From Candidatus Puniceispirillaceae bacterium (lineage in GTDB: Bacteria > Pseudomonadota > Alphaproteobacteria > Puniceispirillales > Puniceispirillaceae): a DNA stretch of 64,000 bases. A model generated the notes under the pieces. It ran no database searches. It was given only the letters and a program-made list of their open reading frames with translations, and was not told the DNA's origin. The DNA lies in NCBI GenBank assembly GCA_049889795.1, contig JBMHCS010000003.1, forward strand, positions 101,149 to 165,148, written 5' to 3'. A program made the translations under genes and the position numbers. Positions 1 through 10,268 of this stretch are shown here, piece after piece (position 1 is the first letter of the stretch; every line of letters begins with the position of its first letter).

Positions 1-613
1 GGTTCACGACACCAGCGCGCTCACCACCAAGCTGGTGTGACAGACCGCCGGTCCCCCAGATCCCGACGGTAATATCTTCATCGAAACTTTCAATTGCACG
101 ACGGATTGCCTGTCCCAGCTTGTAACAACGAAGCGGTGTCGGCTGCGGGTACTGGATTACATTCACGCAAAGCGGAATGACCTTTGTTGGCCATGCTTTC
201 GGCTGATCATATGCGATTGACAGCGGCACCGTCAGACCGTGATCAACGTCAAAATCAGCTGTGACTGCCATATCAAATTCATTCAGGATCAGATCCTCGA
301 CAATGTGCCATGCCAGTTCCGGATGGCCATCGACAACCGGCACCTTGCGCGGGCCCCAGCCCTCATCCGCTGGCTGGAACTGCTCGCCAACACCCATCAT
401 GAAAGTCGAATAATTATTCAAAGACATCGATGTTGCATGGTCATTGAATACGATGATGGTGACATCCGGCACATGCTCGGCATGCCAGGCGCGCAATGGC
501 GCAAACCCTTTGAACAGGTCTACCCAGTAATCTTCATGTGTCTTGCCATTATCCATCGCTGCGCCGACACCCGGCACATGTGATGTTCCCATTCCACCGA
601 TCAGCCTAGCCAT
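1..613 (-). CDS. ligB: Protocatechuate 4,5-dioxygenase-type beta subunit (LigB family), truncated by window edge
   Basis: Not in ORF track. My translation from ATG at 613: MARLIGGMGTSHVPGVG...VFNDHA...PADEGWGPR...DVDHGLTVPL...GTGGLSHQLGGERAG, all LigB hallmark motifs. Start overlaps the ligA stop. Confidence 0.9.
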   Translation of the reverse strand, partial: MARLIGGMGTSHVPGVGAAMDNGKTHEDYWVDLFKGFAPLRAWHAEHVPDVTIIVFNDHATSMSLNNYSTFMMGVGEQFQPADEGWGPRKVPVVDGHPELAWHIVEDLILNEFDMAVTADFDVDHGLTVPLSIAYDQPKAWPTKVIPLCVNVIQYPQPTPLRCYKLGQAIRRAIESFDEDITVGIWGTGGLSHQLGGERAGVVN

Positions 614-1007
614 GATCTGTCTCCTTCTTGCTGCGGTTGCCGTCGATCGGCCGTCCGCCCTCAATCATCATTTCCTGGAATTCTTCAAAAGACAGCTGCG
701 GCGATGACATCTTGCCATACATCACCTGAGGCGGCTGGCGGTCATGGCTGACAATCTTGAAGGTGTAATAGACATTGGCGCCAAGCTGCAGCAGCCGAAT
801 GTAATCACGGTCACGAACGGCCTGTCGCTGTTCTTCCGTCATCGGAAATTTAGTAAGATACGCGTTTTCATCTGCCGCGAATTCAGCGCGGCATTCAGCA
901 TCATTCAATGACATGCAGAACATGTTGAGGTGATAGCCCTTGCGATAGCTGCGGCTATCCAGAATATATGTGCCCGGCACATCATCATAGTCACGCGGTG
1001 TCGACAT
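606..1007 (-). CDS. ligA: Protocatechuate 4,5-dioxygenase-type alpha subunit (LigA family)
   Basis: DDVPGTYI...RKGYHLNMFCMSL...F.ADE.AYL...MTEEQ.QAV..RDY motif; directly upstream of ligB. Confidence 0.88.
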   Translation of the reverse strand: MSTPRDYDDVPGTYILDSRSYRKGYHLNMFCMSLNDAECRAEFAADENAYLTKFPMTEEQRQAVRDRDYIRLLQLGANVYYTFKIVSHDRQPPQVMYGKMSSPQLSFEEFQEMMIEGGRPIDGNRSKKETDHG

Positions 1008-1095
1008 TCGGCCCTCCTGGATGTCTCAAAATCCTTGTCAGATTGCATCCTAGCGCATACCATAATCGGCACAAATAGATATTTTTGAGACATAT

Positions 1096-1113
1096 CGTTC
1101 ATGAAATGGAACG
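1096..1113. promoter_or_regulatory. Candidate LysR recognition box (T-N11-A dyad) overlapping the LysR start
   Basis: CGTTC-atgaaat-GGAACG dyad between divergent ligA and lysR. A further inverted pair atgtctcaaaa (1021-1031) / ttttgagacat (1083-1093) lies in the same gap. Confidence 0.45.
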
Positions 1114-2015
1114 TTGATCATCTTCCCGCTTTTGTCGCAGTTGCCCGCCATGGGGGCATTTCGGCAGCGGCCCGTGCCCTGGGCCAGCCAAAATCGAGCC
1201 TGAGCCGTATCATCAGCCGGCTGGAAGATGATGTTGGCATACATCTGTTCCTGCGGGGGACGCGTGAATTTACCCTGACGGCGGACGGCGCGCTATTCTA
1301 TCAGCATGCGGTGCGGATCTGCGAACAGGTGGATGCGGCCAGCGCCGAGTTGAGCGGACTTGGCGATACGCCGCATGGCCGTTTGGCAGTGGCCCTGCCC
1401 ATGGCGTTCAGCCGCGAGGTTGTCAGCCCCTATCTGGCACGGTTTATGGCTGAATATCCTGATCTGCGTCTTGATATAACAGTGTCCAGCTTCATGCCCG
1501 ATCTCGCCCGCGACCAGATCGACATGGCTGTTGTCGTCGGCAGTCTGCCTGATTCAGACTTTGTGCAGCAGGCGCTTGTGGCCGCGCCCCTCATCTGGAT
1601 TGCCAACCCTGAGGTTGCCGCCAGCCTGCCATCCCGGCCCGATCCGCACCAGCTGGCCCGTCAGGTTCGCGTCACCGAGACACGCTATGCCCAGAATGCG
1701 TTACCAGTCCGCAGCGCGGGCGGTGACCGTGTGACGGCACGGCTGGATGTTGATTCCATGTTGCAGGTTAATGACCCGTTGATCGTGCGCGATATGGTGG
1801 CATCAGGCTATGGCGTTGGGTTTGCACCACATATTTATTGCCGAAACGCCATCGCTGACGGCACGCTGGTGCAGCTGGCACCGGAACTGCAGATTGAACA
1901 TGAATCCCGCCTGTCCCTTTTGCATGCCGGACGCCGTCGGATGCCGCCAAAAACGCGCGCCTTCATCACATTTCTACAGGCCTGTTGCAGCGGCCATTTC
2001 AGTCAAAATGACTGA
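1101..2015 (+). CDS. LysR-family regulator (CrgA/DmlR-like)
   Basis: N-terminal HTH FVAVARHGGISAAARALGQPKSSLSR..RLE; C-terminal P.KTRAFI.FL; divergent from ligAB. Confidence 0.92.
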   Translation: MKWNVDHLPAFVAVARHGGISAAARALGQPKSSLSRIISRLEDDVGIHLFLRGTREFTLTADGALFYQHAVRICEQVDAASAELSGLGDTPHGRLAVALPMAFSREVVSPYLARFMAEYPDLRLDITVSSFMPDLARDQIDMAVVVGSLPDSDFVQQALVAAPLIWIANPEVAASLPSRPDPHQLARQVRVTETRYAQNALPVRSAGGDRVTARLDVDSMLQVNDPLIVRDMVASGYGVGFAPHIYCRNAIADGTLVQLAPELQIEHESRLSLLHAGRRRMPPKTRAFITFLQACCSGHFSQND

Positions 2016-2691
2016 GGATTTCATCTAGGGGTTTCTTGCGTTTGGCAACTTGCGGGATCCGGGCATCGCTTGCCGGATGCCCGACGGCCAGGATCATCAG
2101 TGGTTTGTTGGAGGCTGGCCGCTTGCAGATACGGGTCAGGAACCCCATCGGATTGAGGGTGTGGGTCAGGCAGACAAGCCCGGCATTATGGATGGCAGCA
2201 ATCAGGAATCCCGATGCGATGCCCACACTTTCCGGCACATAGTAATTCTTGTAGCGCGTTCCATCGTCAAAAACGCCATAGCGTTCGGCAAAGACAACGA
2301 TCAGCCAGGGCGCATCTTCCAGATGTGGTTTATGCGGGCCTGTGCCAATCGGCTCCAGCGCCTTGATCCATTCATCATGCGTGCTGCTTTCATAGAATTT
2401 TTGCTCTTCGACCTCGGCCGCCTCACGGATGGCCGCTTTCATTTCGGGATTGCCGATCAGCGCGAAATGCCAAGGCTGGTGGTTGGCGCCGCTTGGCGCC
2501 AGCCCGGCCGTACGGATGCAATCCTCGAGGATCTCGCGGGGCACTGGCCGGCTGGAAAAATCACGTACCGTGTGCCGTGTCTGCATATGCGCCAGATAGG
2601 CACGCGCGGCAGCGGCGCTATCCGCATCGCTCATCTCGGCCCTGTCGGGCAGCGGTTGTGGTTCGTAATTCAGTTTTTCGCGAATGAACAT
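1999..2691 (-). CDS. Nitroreductase-superfamily flavoprotein, iodotyrosine deiodinase (IYD)-like
   Basis: RHTVRDFS, AGLAPSGANHQPWHF, IREAAEVEEQKFY, LEDAPWLIVVF, KNYYVPESVGIA, LTHT motifs match the IYD subgroup. Start taken at Met80 of the track ORF. Confidence 0.8.
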   Translation of the reverse strand: MFIREKLNYEPQPLPDRAEMSDADSAAAARAYLAHMQTRHTVRDFSSRPVPREILEDCIRTAGLAPSGANHQPWHFALIGNPEMKAAIREAAEVEEQKFYESSTHDEWIKALEPIGTGPHKPHLEDAPWLIVVFAERYGVFDDGTRYKNYYVPESVGIASGFLIAAIHNAGLVCLTHTLNPMGFLTRICKRPASNKPLMILAVGHPASDARIPQVAKRKKPLDEILSHFD

Positions 2692-2836
2692 GTGGTGAGC
2701 GTCCCGGCTGAATGGATGACCCTTTGTCAAAGGCAAGCAGACAGTCTGCCGTGCTTTCACAGCCCCCGCAACTTTGCTAGTCTGGCGCGGCCTTTGCTGG
2801 TCACTACCAGCTGTTTTCCGGAGTGATTTTTTTGTG

Positions 2837-3994
2837 ATGTTCAATCCTGCTGTAGCCGCGCTGACCGCCCCTCCCGTTTCTGTTGTGCAGGATTGGCGCG
2901 CCTCATATGACGGCAGTCTGGGCCCCATGATCGATATGAGCCAGGCTGTGCCCGGCTACGAAGCGCATCCCGACATGATTGACGCCCTTGCGGCATCGGC
3001 AGGCGACCCTGACGCGGCGAAATATGGCCGGGTGGAAGGCGATGAGGGGTTGCGCGCAGCCTATGCGGCGCATTTGGGTGACATTTACGATGCGCAAATT
3101 GACGCCGAACAGACCCATATCACGTCAGGCTGCAATCAGGCTTTCGTTGCGGCCGCGCTGGCAGTTGCCGGTACCGGTGACGAAATCCTGATGACGCGCC
3201 CCTGCTATTTCAATCATGAATCCGCGCTTGGCATGCTGGGCATCGCAACGGGCTATGTTGATTGCACCCCCGAAAACGGCATGCTGCCGACCGTCGATGA
3301 TGTGGCATCTGCCATCAGCCCCCGCACCCGCGCGCTGGCGATCGTATCGCCGAATAACCCCTGCGGTGCCATATATCCTGCCACTTTGCTGGATGATCTT
3401 TTCAGCCTGTGCCAGCAACGCGGCATCTGGCTGATCCTTGATGAGACATATCGCGACTTCATGCCCATGAATAGCGACCGGCCACATGATTTGCTGCACC
3501 GCGAGGGCTGGCAGGATACGTTGATACAGCTCTACAGCTTTTCAAAATCCTATTGCATGCCCGGGCATCGTCTTGGTGCGGTGACAGCTGGCGCCGCGCT
3601 GATCCAGCAACTTGCCAAGATCATCGACAATATCCAGATCTGTGCCCCGCGTGCGCCGCAGATGGCAGTAACACCCATGCTGACAGAACTGGCTGACTGG
3701 CGGCAGGAAAACCGCCAGCGCATTGCAGCGCGCGCGGATCTGTTCTGCCGCATCATGGAAGGGCTGGACGGCTGGGACCTGCTTAGCAGCGGCGCCTATT
3801 TCGGGTATGTCAGACACCCGTTTGACAGCGTTTCGTCGCATGATGTTGCCATGCGCATGGCGCGCGAGGCGGGTGTCCTGACGATACCCGGTACTTTTTT
3901 CGGTGACGGTCAGCAGGCCTGTCTGCGGTTCGCGTTCGCCAATGCCGGGCGCGATGTCATTGCCCAGCTGCCCGAAAGACTGGCTGTTCTCTGA
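2837..3994 (+). CDS. PLP-dependent aminotransferase class I/II
   Basis: SPNNPCG, ILDETY, SFSKSYCMPGHRLG (PLP lysine), LRFAFAN. Confidence 0.9.
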   Translation: MFNPAVAALTAPPVSVVQDWRASYDGSLGPMIDMSQAVPGYEAHPDMIDALAASAGDPDAAKYGRVEGDEGLRAAYAAHLGDIYDAQIDAEQTHITSGCNQAFVAAALAVAGTGDEILMTRPCYFNHESALGMLGIATGYVDCTPENGMLPTVDDVASAISPRTRALAIVSPNNPCGAIYPATLLDDLFSLCQQRGIWLILDETYRDFMPMNSDRPHDLLHREGWQDTLIQLYSFSKSYCMPGHRLGAVTAGAALIQQLAKIIDNIQICAPRAPQMAVTPMLTELADWRQENRQRIAARADLFCRIMEGLDGWDLLSSGAYFGYVRHPFDSVSSHDVAMRMAREAGVLTIPGTFFGDGQQACLRFAFANAGRDVIAQLPERLAVL

Positions 3995-4000
3995 CCAGCG

Positions 4001-4804
4001 TCAGGTTTTCCAGCTAGGATCAATGCGATCCAGCATGCGCCAGAATGCCGGCCATTCCGGATGCCGCACCGCCGCACCGGACTGCGCATCACCACCTTCG
4101 AATTGCTGGCGTGTATGACGCATGATTTCATCGGGGATATAGCTGATCTGGGCCCCGGATGACAGCGCCCGCAGCTGGATCTCGGCGTTGCGGATAAACA
4201 GCTGGTGCCGCACAAAGGCCCAGGCCACATTCGGCCCCGCTGTCAGCAATCCGTGGTTCTTCAGCACAAGCGTATGCTTGTCTGTACCCATGGCCGCAGT
4301 CAGCTGTTCCTGCTCGCCCTCATCCAGAACGATGCCGTTAAAGCTGTGATAACCAATCCGCTCAAACAGTTGGCACCCCTCCTGCATCAGCGGCACTACC
4401 TCGACATCCAGCGCGGCGATCGACTGGCTGAACGGTTCATGCGTATGCATGACGCAATGCAGATCGTCAGGGCGGGCCTTGTGGATGGCCGCATGGATTA
4501 CATAGCCGGCCCGATTCACGGGCCAGTTATCATCTGACACCTTGTTGCCGTCCAGATCGATGCAGGTCAAATTCGATGCGGTGATCTCATCATAGGTCAG
4601 CCCGAACGGATTAATCAGAAATGTATCGGTTCCCGGCACCCGCAAGGTGATGTGGTTGTAAACAACACTCGTCCAGCCATAGAAATGCGTCAGGCGATAG
4701 GCCGCAGCCAGATCAACCCGCGCATGCCATTCAGCATCGCTCATCCCCTTTGGCGTGTCGGGGTAGGAAATTTCGAGCGGTATTGGTGTATCACCCTGTG
4801 CCAT
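4001..4804 (-). CDS. Class II aldolase/adducin family protein
   Basis: RVDLAAAYRL, NHIT.RVP, INPFGL.YDEITASNL, IH.AIH, CVMHTH, LKNHGLL metal-binding motifs. Confidence 0.9.
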   Translation of the reverse strand: MAQGDTPIPLEISYPDTPKGMSDAEWHARVDLAAAYRLTHFYGWTSVVYNHITLRVPGTDTFLINPFGLTYDEITASNLTCIDLDGNKVSDDNWPVNRAGYVIHAAIHKARPDDLHCVMHTHEPFSQSIAALDVEVVPLMQEGCQLFERIGYHSFNGIVLDEGEQEQLTAAMGTDKHTLVLKNHGLLTAGPNVAWAFVRHQLFIRNAEIQLRALSSGAQISYIPDEIMRHTRQQFEGGDAQSGAAVRHPEWPAFWRMLDRIDPSWKT

Positions 4805-4850
4805 TAGACCCTCACAATTTCAACAGACGCTTATCAGACGCTTTTCGGCC

Positions 4851-5777
4851 CTAATAGTTTGCCTCGCGCTGATGGACCAAGGCAAGCAATGTCTCGTTAT
4901 AGGGCGTCGGAACACCATGAGACGCGCCGATCGCGACAACCGCGCCATTAATCGAATCAATCTCGGTCGGGCGTTTGGCCATCATGTCATGCAGCATTGA
5001 CGGCACATGGTCGCGATGCTCGCGCTGCACCATTTGCAGGCGCGCCTCCATCTCGTCCCGGTCAACCATGATGCCGGCAGCGGCCGCCACATCGCAGGTT
5101 TCCATAATAGTCGCGCGCACAAGACGGGACATTTCAGGCGAGTCCAGCAACGCTCCCGGACGCAACTCATTCAGCGCACACAGGCTGTTCATCGCACAAT
5201 TGAACGCCACCTTGGCCCAGATCACCGTATCGACATCCTCATTGACGATTGTCGGCACACCGGCGTCATCCAGTGCGCGCGCCAGAACAGCCGCATAAGA
5301 CTGGCTTGTCGCGTCGCCAGTTGCCGCCCTGATCTGGGTCAGATGTGATCCCTGCGAAGCAACAACGCCTGGCCCCTGCAGATTGCCTGGCGCCATGGTT
5401 GTGCCGTAAATAACCCTGTCCAGCGGCACGAAATCGGCCAGGATTGCGGCATTGCCCAGCCCATTTTGCACGCTTACCAGTCGTGTCTCGGGACCAATCA
5501 ATGGTGCAGATGCCGCCAGCACATCACGCGTGGCACCTGTTTTACAGAAGATGATCAAGAGGTCGGCAGGCGCTTCGCCGGCAACCGCATCAGGTGCGAT
5601 GACGTGCGGACGGACGATTTTTTCACCCGAATCCAGGCGCATCAGCAGCCCGTTCGCCAAAATCGCCTCACGATGTTCCCTATTTCTGACCACGAGGGTC
5701 ACATCATGCCCGGCGGCGGCCAGCGCGCCGCCAAAATACGATCCCAGCGCACCCACCCCGACAACAACAAAACGCAT
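4851..5777 (-). CDS. panE: Ketopantoate reductase (PanE/ApbA) family protein
   Basis: GVGALGSYFG, CKT, QNGLG, W.K...N...N, SMLHD...RPTEIDSING. Confidence 0.8.
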   Translation of the reverse strand: MRFVVVGVGALGSYFGGALAAAGHDVTLVVRNREHREAILANGLLMRLDSGEKIVRPHVIAPDAVAGEAPADLLIIFCKTGATRDVLAASAPLIGPETRLVSVQNGLGNAAILADFVPLDRVIYGTTMAPGNLQGPGVVASQGSHLTQIRAATGDATSQSYAAVLARALDDAGVPTIVNEDVDTVIWAKVAFNCAMNSLCALNELRPGALLDSPEMSRLVRATIMETCDVAAAAGIMVDRDEMEARLQMVQREHRDHVPSMLHDMMAKRPTEIDSINGAVVAIGASHGVPTPYNETLLALVHQREANY

Positions 5778-5868
5778 TCCTGAGCTCCGGCAACTTGCGA
5801 GGGCGTCATTCTTCCGCAACCGTCAGATGTCAGCAAGCGCTAAATCACCGTTGTGGTCTGGCCAGAAT

Positions 5869-6249
5869 TCAGATCAGAGCATGGACCAATACCAAGACCA
5901 TAAGCGCCATCATCCAATATCCGGCATTGATCAGGCGCACCGCGATCGGATGGCCGGCAAAGCTCTCGCCACTATATCCCAGCAGCAAAAATGATATGGC
6001 ACCAAGGAGCAAAAGCAGCAGTGCAGGGACCTCTATGCTGACCCCGACAAACAGGCTGAGCAGAAACAGACCGCCGATCTGACACAGCATCGGTACGACC
6101 AGTATCCTGTTCTCCATATGCACACCCAGCCCATCTGCCCACTGGTCGCCAAAGAGCAGCGGCGAATACCAAATCCAGCCGGCGACAAAGGCCGTCACTG
6201 TGCCGGCAAAAACAGCGACCCAGCTCAAATTCTGCATCAATTCAAGCAT
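5869..6249 (-). CDS. DUF1761-like membrane protein
   Basis: F..GWIWYSPLLFG..W and INAGY motifs; four hydrophobic segments. Confidence 0.75.
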   Translation of the reverse strand: MLELMQNLSWVAVFAGTVTAFVAGWIWYSPLLFGDQWADGLGVHMENRILVVPMLCQIGGLFLLSLFVGVSIEVPALLLLLLGAISFLLLGYSGESFAGHPIAVRLINAGYWMMALMVLVLVHALI

Positions 6250-6294
6250 GACAACTTATCCCTTCCCTGCCGGTTTTCCGGCAGTCTGAAAGTC

Positions 6295-6609
6295 TCACAA
6301 GGTGACTTCATGAATTTCCGCCACCTCGACAGACCCGTGACCCAGGATCGGGCACTTACTGGCCATCTGGACCGCCTCGTCAATATCGTCGGCAATCACG
6401 ATGGTATAGCCGGATAGCGGGTTTGGGCCGCCATCATCGACCACACCGCCATCTGATACCGTTCGTGATTCACCCACCGGATTCCCCGGATCGACAATTG
6501 ACGCGCTGATGCTGTCAAACCAGCCTTGCCAACTGGCAATTTCAGCCTCTGTCTCCTGCTGCGTTTCGGGCATCTTTCCGCCGTGATAAGCAAAAAGAAA
6601 ATGTGGCAT
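6295..6609 (-). CDS. YCII-related protein
   Basis: RBS GGAG before ATG 6609; VDPGNP...DGGPNPLSGYTIV.A.D.DEA..MA..CP....G.VEVAE. Confidence 0.75.
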   Translation of the reverse strand: MPHFLFAYHGGKMPETQQETEAEIASWQGWFDSISASIVDPGNPVGESRTVSDGGVVDDGGPNPLSGYTIVIADDIDEAVQMASKCPILGHGSVEVAEIHEVTL

Positions 6610-6870
6610 GTCCGTCTCCGTCATCTGCAAGCCTGTCCGCATATGCACCGCCTGCATACCGATCCCGATGACGGGTCGCGCACCAAAGGCGGGCCTGGCC
6701 GGAAGACTGACGGCATTAACACCCGTCCAAAAATGACATACGCGTGAGCATTCAAAAGAAAGTAGGCACAAAAGAATCTGCATCATCAACGCAGTGCGCA
6801 GCCTGAGCGGGCCCATGCTCTAGGCAGGAACAGGGCATCAGATAGGCGGTGCCATTTGGCAGAACGGGCG

Positions 6871-8406
6871 TCAGGCGCCCTTTGCGCCGGCGCGGCCATT
6901 GCGGATCCGGTTCACCAGCGGACGGATCATGGGCAGCAGGATCAGGAAGATGGCCGCGATGGTAATGGGGCCGGCAATCGGGCGGGTCAGGAACACGGTA
7001 AAGGTTTCATATTGCATCAGTGTCTGGCGCAATGTCGGTTCCGCAATCGGACCAAGCACAATGGCAAGGACAGCCGGCGCGACAGGATAATTCATCATTC
7101 GCATGAAAAACCCGCCGATACCCACAAGTACCATCAGCCAGACATCAAACATGTTCATATAGGCCGCGTAGGTACCAACGACGGATAATACAAACACCAG
7201 TGGCACCAGAATGGTGAAAGGCATGCGCAGCATCCACAAAAAGAGGGGGATGAACGCAATATTCACCAGCACAGCGACAAAGTTGGAAATGTAGAAGGAG
7301 CCGATCAGCGGCCAAACGAAGTCAGGCTGTTCGGTAAACAGAAGAGGCCCTGGCTCAAGCCCCCATATGACCATCCCGGCCAAGAGGACAGCCGTTGTGG
7401 GCGACCCCGGAATACCAAGCGTCATCATGGGTAGCATGGCCCCTGTTGATGCAGAGTTGTTGGCAGCTTCAGGCGCGGCCACCCCGTCAAGCGCGCCTTT
7501 GCCAAAATTCTTTGAATCGCGTGATGTCATTTTGGCGATCCCATAGGACATCAATGATGCAGGCGTTGCCCCTGCAGCCGGCAGCAAACCCACAAAAAAG
7601 CCGAGCGCGGAGCCGATCAGCGTGCCTCTCCATGCTTCGCGAAACCGGAGCATCGCTTCGAACATGCTCGCAAAGCTGACTTCGACCTTGGTGATAGGGG
7701 AATCCCCGCGGGCGCCATTCAGCGTCCAGAGCATTTCGGCAATACCATAAATGCCGATGGCAAGGACAAGAAAGCGGATACCGTGCGAGAAGCCTTGAAT
7801 ATCGAAAAACATCAGGCGCGGTTCACCTGAAATGATGTCGAAGCCGACTGCCGACAGGGCCAGGCCGAAACAAATCGAAAAAATGGTCTTTGCGACGTCA
7901 TCACCACCCAGCCCGGCGAATGTGGCAAAGGCCAGCAGCATCAGCGCAAAAATTTCCGGATTGCCAAAATCAAGCGCAACGGACGCCAACAGGGGGGCGA
8001 AGGCTGTGAACAGGACATTCGAAATGGTGGCCCCGGCAAACGAGGCGAGCGCTGCGGCCATCAAGGCGATATGCGCACGTCCTTGCAATGCCAACGGCCG
8101 CCCGTCAAAGGTTGTGGCCACTGCGGTAGAGGCCCCGGGAATACCCAGCGCCACCGACGAGATTGCCCCGCCATACATGGCACCATAATAAACCGCTGCC
8201 AGAAAAATCATCGGCGATGTGGCGCCGCCGCTGATATTGTGAATAACAAAGGTAAAAGGCAGCAAGATCGCCACGCCATTGACCGACCCCAGGCCCGGCA
8301 TGGCACCCACAAAAAGCCCGACAATGACCCCGACGATGGCAAGGCCAAGATTCATCGGCTGCAAGGCGATCAGGATCCCGTCGATGAGAGAAAATAGAAT
8401 GTCCAT
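6871..8406 (-). CDS. tctA: Tripartite tricarboxylate transporter large permease
   Basis: GAMPGLG, YYGAMYGGAI, GIPG, GVAAPEAANN, TLGIPGS, PGPLLF motifs. Confidence 0.95.
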   Translation of the reverse strand: MDILFSLIDGILIALQPMNLGLAIVGVIVGLFVGAMPGLGSVNGVAILLPFTFVIHNISGGATSPMIFLAAVYYGAMYGGAISSVALGIPGASTAVATTFDGRPLALQGRAHIALMAAALASFAGATISNVLFTAFAPLLASVALDFGNPEIFALMLLAFATFAGLGGDDVAKTIFSICFGLALSAVGFDIISGEPRLMFFDIQGFSHGIRFLVLAIGIYGIAEMLWTLNGARGDSPITKVEVSFASMFEAMLRFREAWRGTLIGSALGFFVGLLPAAGATPASLMSYGIAKMTSRDSKNFGKGALDGVAAPEAANNSASTGAMLPMMTLGIPGSPTTAVLLAGMVIWGLEPGPLLFTEQPDFVWPLIGSFYISNFVAVLVNIAFIPLFLWMLRMPFTILVPLVFVLSVVGTYAAYMNMFDVWLMVLVGIGGFFMRMMNYPVAPAVLAIVLGPIAEPTLRQTLMQYETFTVFLTRPIAGPITIAAIFLILLPMIRPLVNRIRNGRAGAKGA

Positions 8407-8466
8407 ATCAACGTCTACCGGTAAAAAAAGGCAGCAAGGCGTGTCGGGTCTTTACGCACGGGGCCA

Positions 8467-8997
8467 TTAAAGAAAAATGTCATACAAAGGAATGAAAAGA
8501 GGCTCGAGATAGCCCTTGGGCAGCACAATCCGCATGGCAATGTCGAAAAAGAAAAAGCAGATCACCGGCACCGCGACCGAGATGCTGATTGTCTTGCCCC
8601 ACGCATGCTTGCCAAGAAAGCGGATGTAATAGAGCAGGAAGACAAGAATCGCCCCATAGGCGCCAAGAATATGGATCAGTCCCGTGAACCCCAGCAATCC
8701 GCCGCCAACCGTGATCAGCATCTTCCAGCCATAGGCGTCGAGCAGCGGAGCGTCAGATACTGATGCGGGGGTGCGTTTCAGGGCCCAGCTGACCCCAGTC
8801 CAGACACAGCTGGCCAGCATTATGACGCCAAGCCAGAACGGCCAAAGACCACTGCCGGGGGTGCCTGATTCGTCGTAGCCGATATTCGCAAAACGGGGAA
8901 CATCCGGATTCCATGCCGGCGGCTCCCCGCTCTTCCACATTAAATAGACAGAGAATATGCCAAGAATGAAGGCTGTGATTATTTCGCCTCTGCGCAT
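8467..8997 (-). CDS. tctB: Tripartite tricarboxylate transporter small permease
   Basis: PGSGLWPFWLG and F...M.IVLPKG; lies between tctC and tctA. Confidence 0.88.
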   Translation of the reverse strand: MRRGEIITAFILGIFSVYLMWKSGEPPAWNPDVPRFANIGYDESGTPGSGLWPFWLGVIMLASCVWTGVSWALKRTPASVSDAPLLDAYGWKMLITVGGGLLGFTGLIHILGAYGAILVFLLYYIRFLGKHAWGKTISISVAVPVICFFFFDIAMRIVLPKGYLEPLFIPLYDIFL

Positions 8998-9042
8998 CGG
9001 CTTTACTCTCTGTCTATCCTGTTTCAGTTGGTCTGTTCAGGC

Positions 9043-10017
9043 TTATTTGATGGCGCCTGACGCCCGCAGAATGGATTCATGGTTGTTACGCTGCAGCTTC
9101 CAATAGGCTGTCAGCTCTTCACCACTCATCAACTCACCCATCAACGACTTCTTTGCGCGATAGTCCTGCCATCCCTCGGACGCAAATACCTCGGCAAAGA
9201 GGGTCGAATAATAATCGGCTGCCTCTGTCGACATGCCAGGAGCACCAACAACCGAGCGCTGCATAAAGTAGCTGAAATCACCACCCTTTTCGCGCAGTGT
9301 CGGTACATCCGGGAACATCGGCAGGCGCTCGTCGGTGAAGGCAACCAATGGCACCATGTCACCAGACTGCCAGAAACCGATGGCTTCGGACGGGTTGTTG
9401 ACTGACGAATTGATCTGCTTGCCAGCAACATCCTTGGCAACGGCCCCGCCACCCTTATACGGGATATATTTCATATCTAGACCGTAATTGGTGTTCAGGA
9501 AGTCGGTAATGATGTTGTCCTCGGAATTTGAACCGGTTCCACCCATTACCCAGCTGCGCCCCTCATTGCGGGCGACATCAAGCCATTGCTCAAAGGTGGT
9601 GATGCCTGTATCGGCATGAACCCATAGAAGGAATGTATCCTCTGCCATCCGCGCGATGGGCGCGAACTGCAGAACATCCACATCCAGGCCGGGCTGGCGC
9701 AGCGGTGTGGTGTAGAACGAGTTCAGGGTCACCATGATAGTGTGATCAGGATCATTCGCTGATTTTGCCGCGATAAGCGCCTCGGCACCTGATCCGCCGG
9801 ATTTGTTCACCGGCACAAGCGGCCGGCTGGCAAGTGAATCCTTCTCAACGATCGACTGCATCAGGCGCGCCATCTTGTCGGCGCCGCCGCCTTTGCCAGC
9901 CATGATGATGAAATTGATCGGCTTGTCTGGCTGCCAGGCAAAGGCAGGGACCGACAGGCAAAGTGTTGCTGTGCCAAGGGCAGCTGCCATTGACACGATT
10001 TTCAAAAGCTTCTTCAT
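9043..10017 (-). CDS. tctC: Tripartite tricarboxylate transporter substrate-binding protein (Bug/TctC)
   Basis: Signal peptide; P.KPI..I....GGGAD..AR, VNKSGGSG, IPYKGGG, PDVPTLRE.G. Confidence 0.93.
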   Translation of the reverse strand: MKKLLKIVSMAAALGTATLCLSVPAFAWQPDKPINFIIMAGKGGGADKMARLMQSIVEKDSLASRPLVPVNKSGGSGAEALIAAKSANDPDHTIMVTLNSFYTTPLRQPGLDVDVLQFAPIARMAEDTFLLWVHADTGITTFEQWLDVARNEGRSWVMGGTGSNSEDNIITDFLNTNYGLDMKYIPYKGGGAVAKDVAGKQINSSVNNPSEAIGFWQSGDMVPLVAFTDERLPMFPDVPTLREKGGDFSYFMQRSVVGAPGMSTEAADYYSTLFAEVFASEGWQDYRAKKSLMGELMSGEELTAYWKLQRNNHESILRASGAIK

Positions 10018-10233
10018 TTGTCTCTCCTCTGGACAATAGGTTTGCTGTTGAACGCCGCGGCGTTCTGTTTGTGGCGGCAGGCTGCCGCCGGTTCAGTTGG
10101 CACACTGGAATTTGGTTTAGCGACGGCGATGGTTTTTATTGCTCGCTTCGTCACCGGGTGTCGCAGCCGGCGGGGAGACCGGCCTCGACAGCCTCAGCTT
10201 AGGCGAAAGCGCGACGCTCTCAAGAAAAAAACG

Positions 10234-10268
10234 GCAAAATTGCAAACTGTAAATTTTTACAATTTTGC
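10234..10268. promoter_or_regulatory. AT-rich dyad in the tctC / acyl-CoA ligase divergent promoter region
   Basis: gcaaaattg...caattttgc inverted repeat with an overlapping tgtaaa-ttt-ttaca dyad. Confidence 0.4.
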
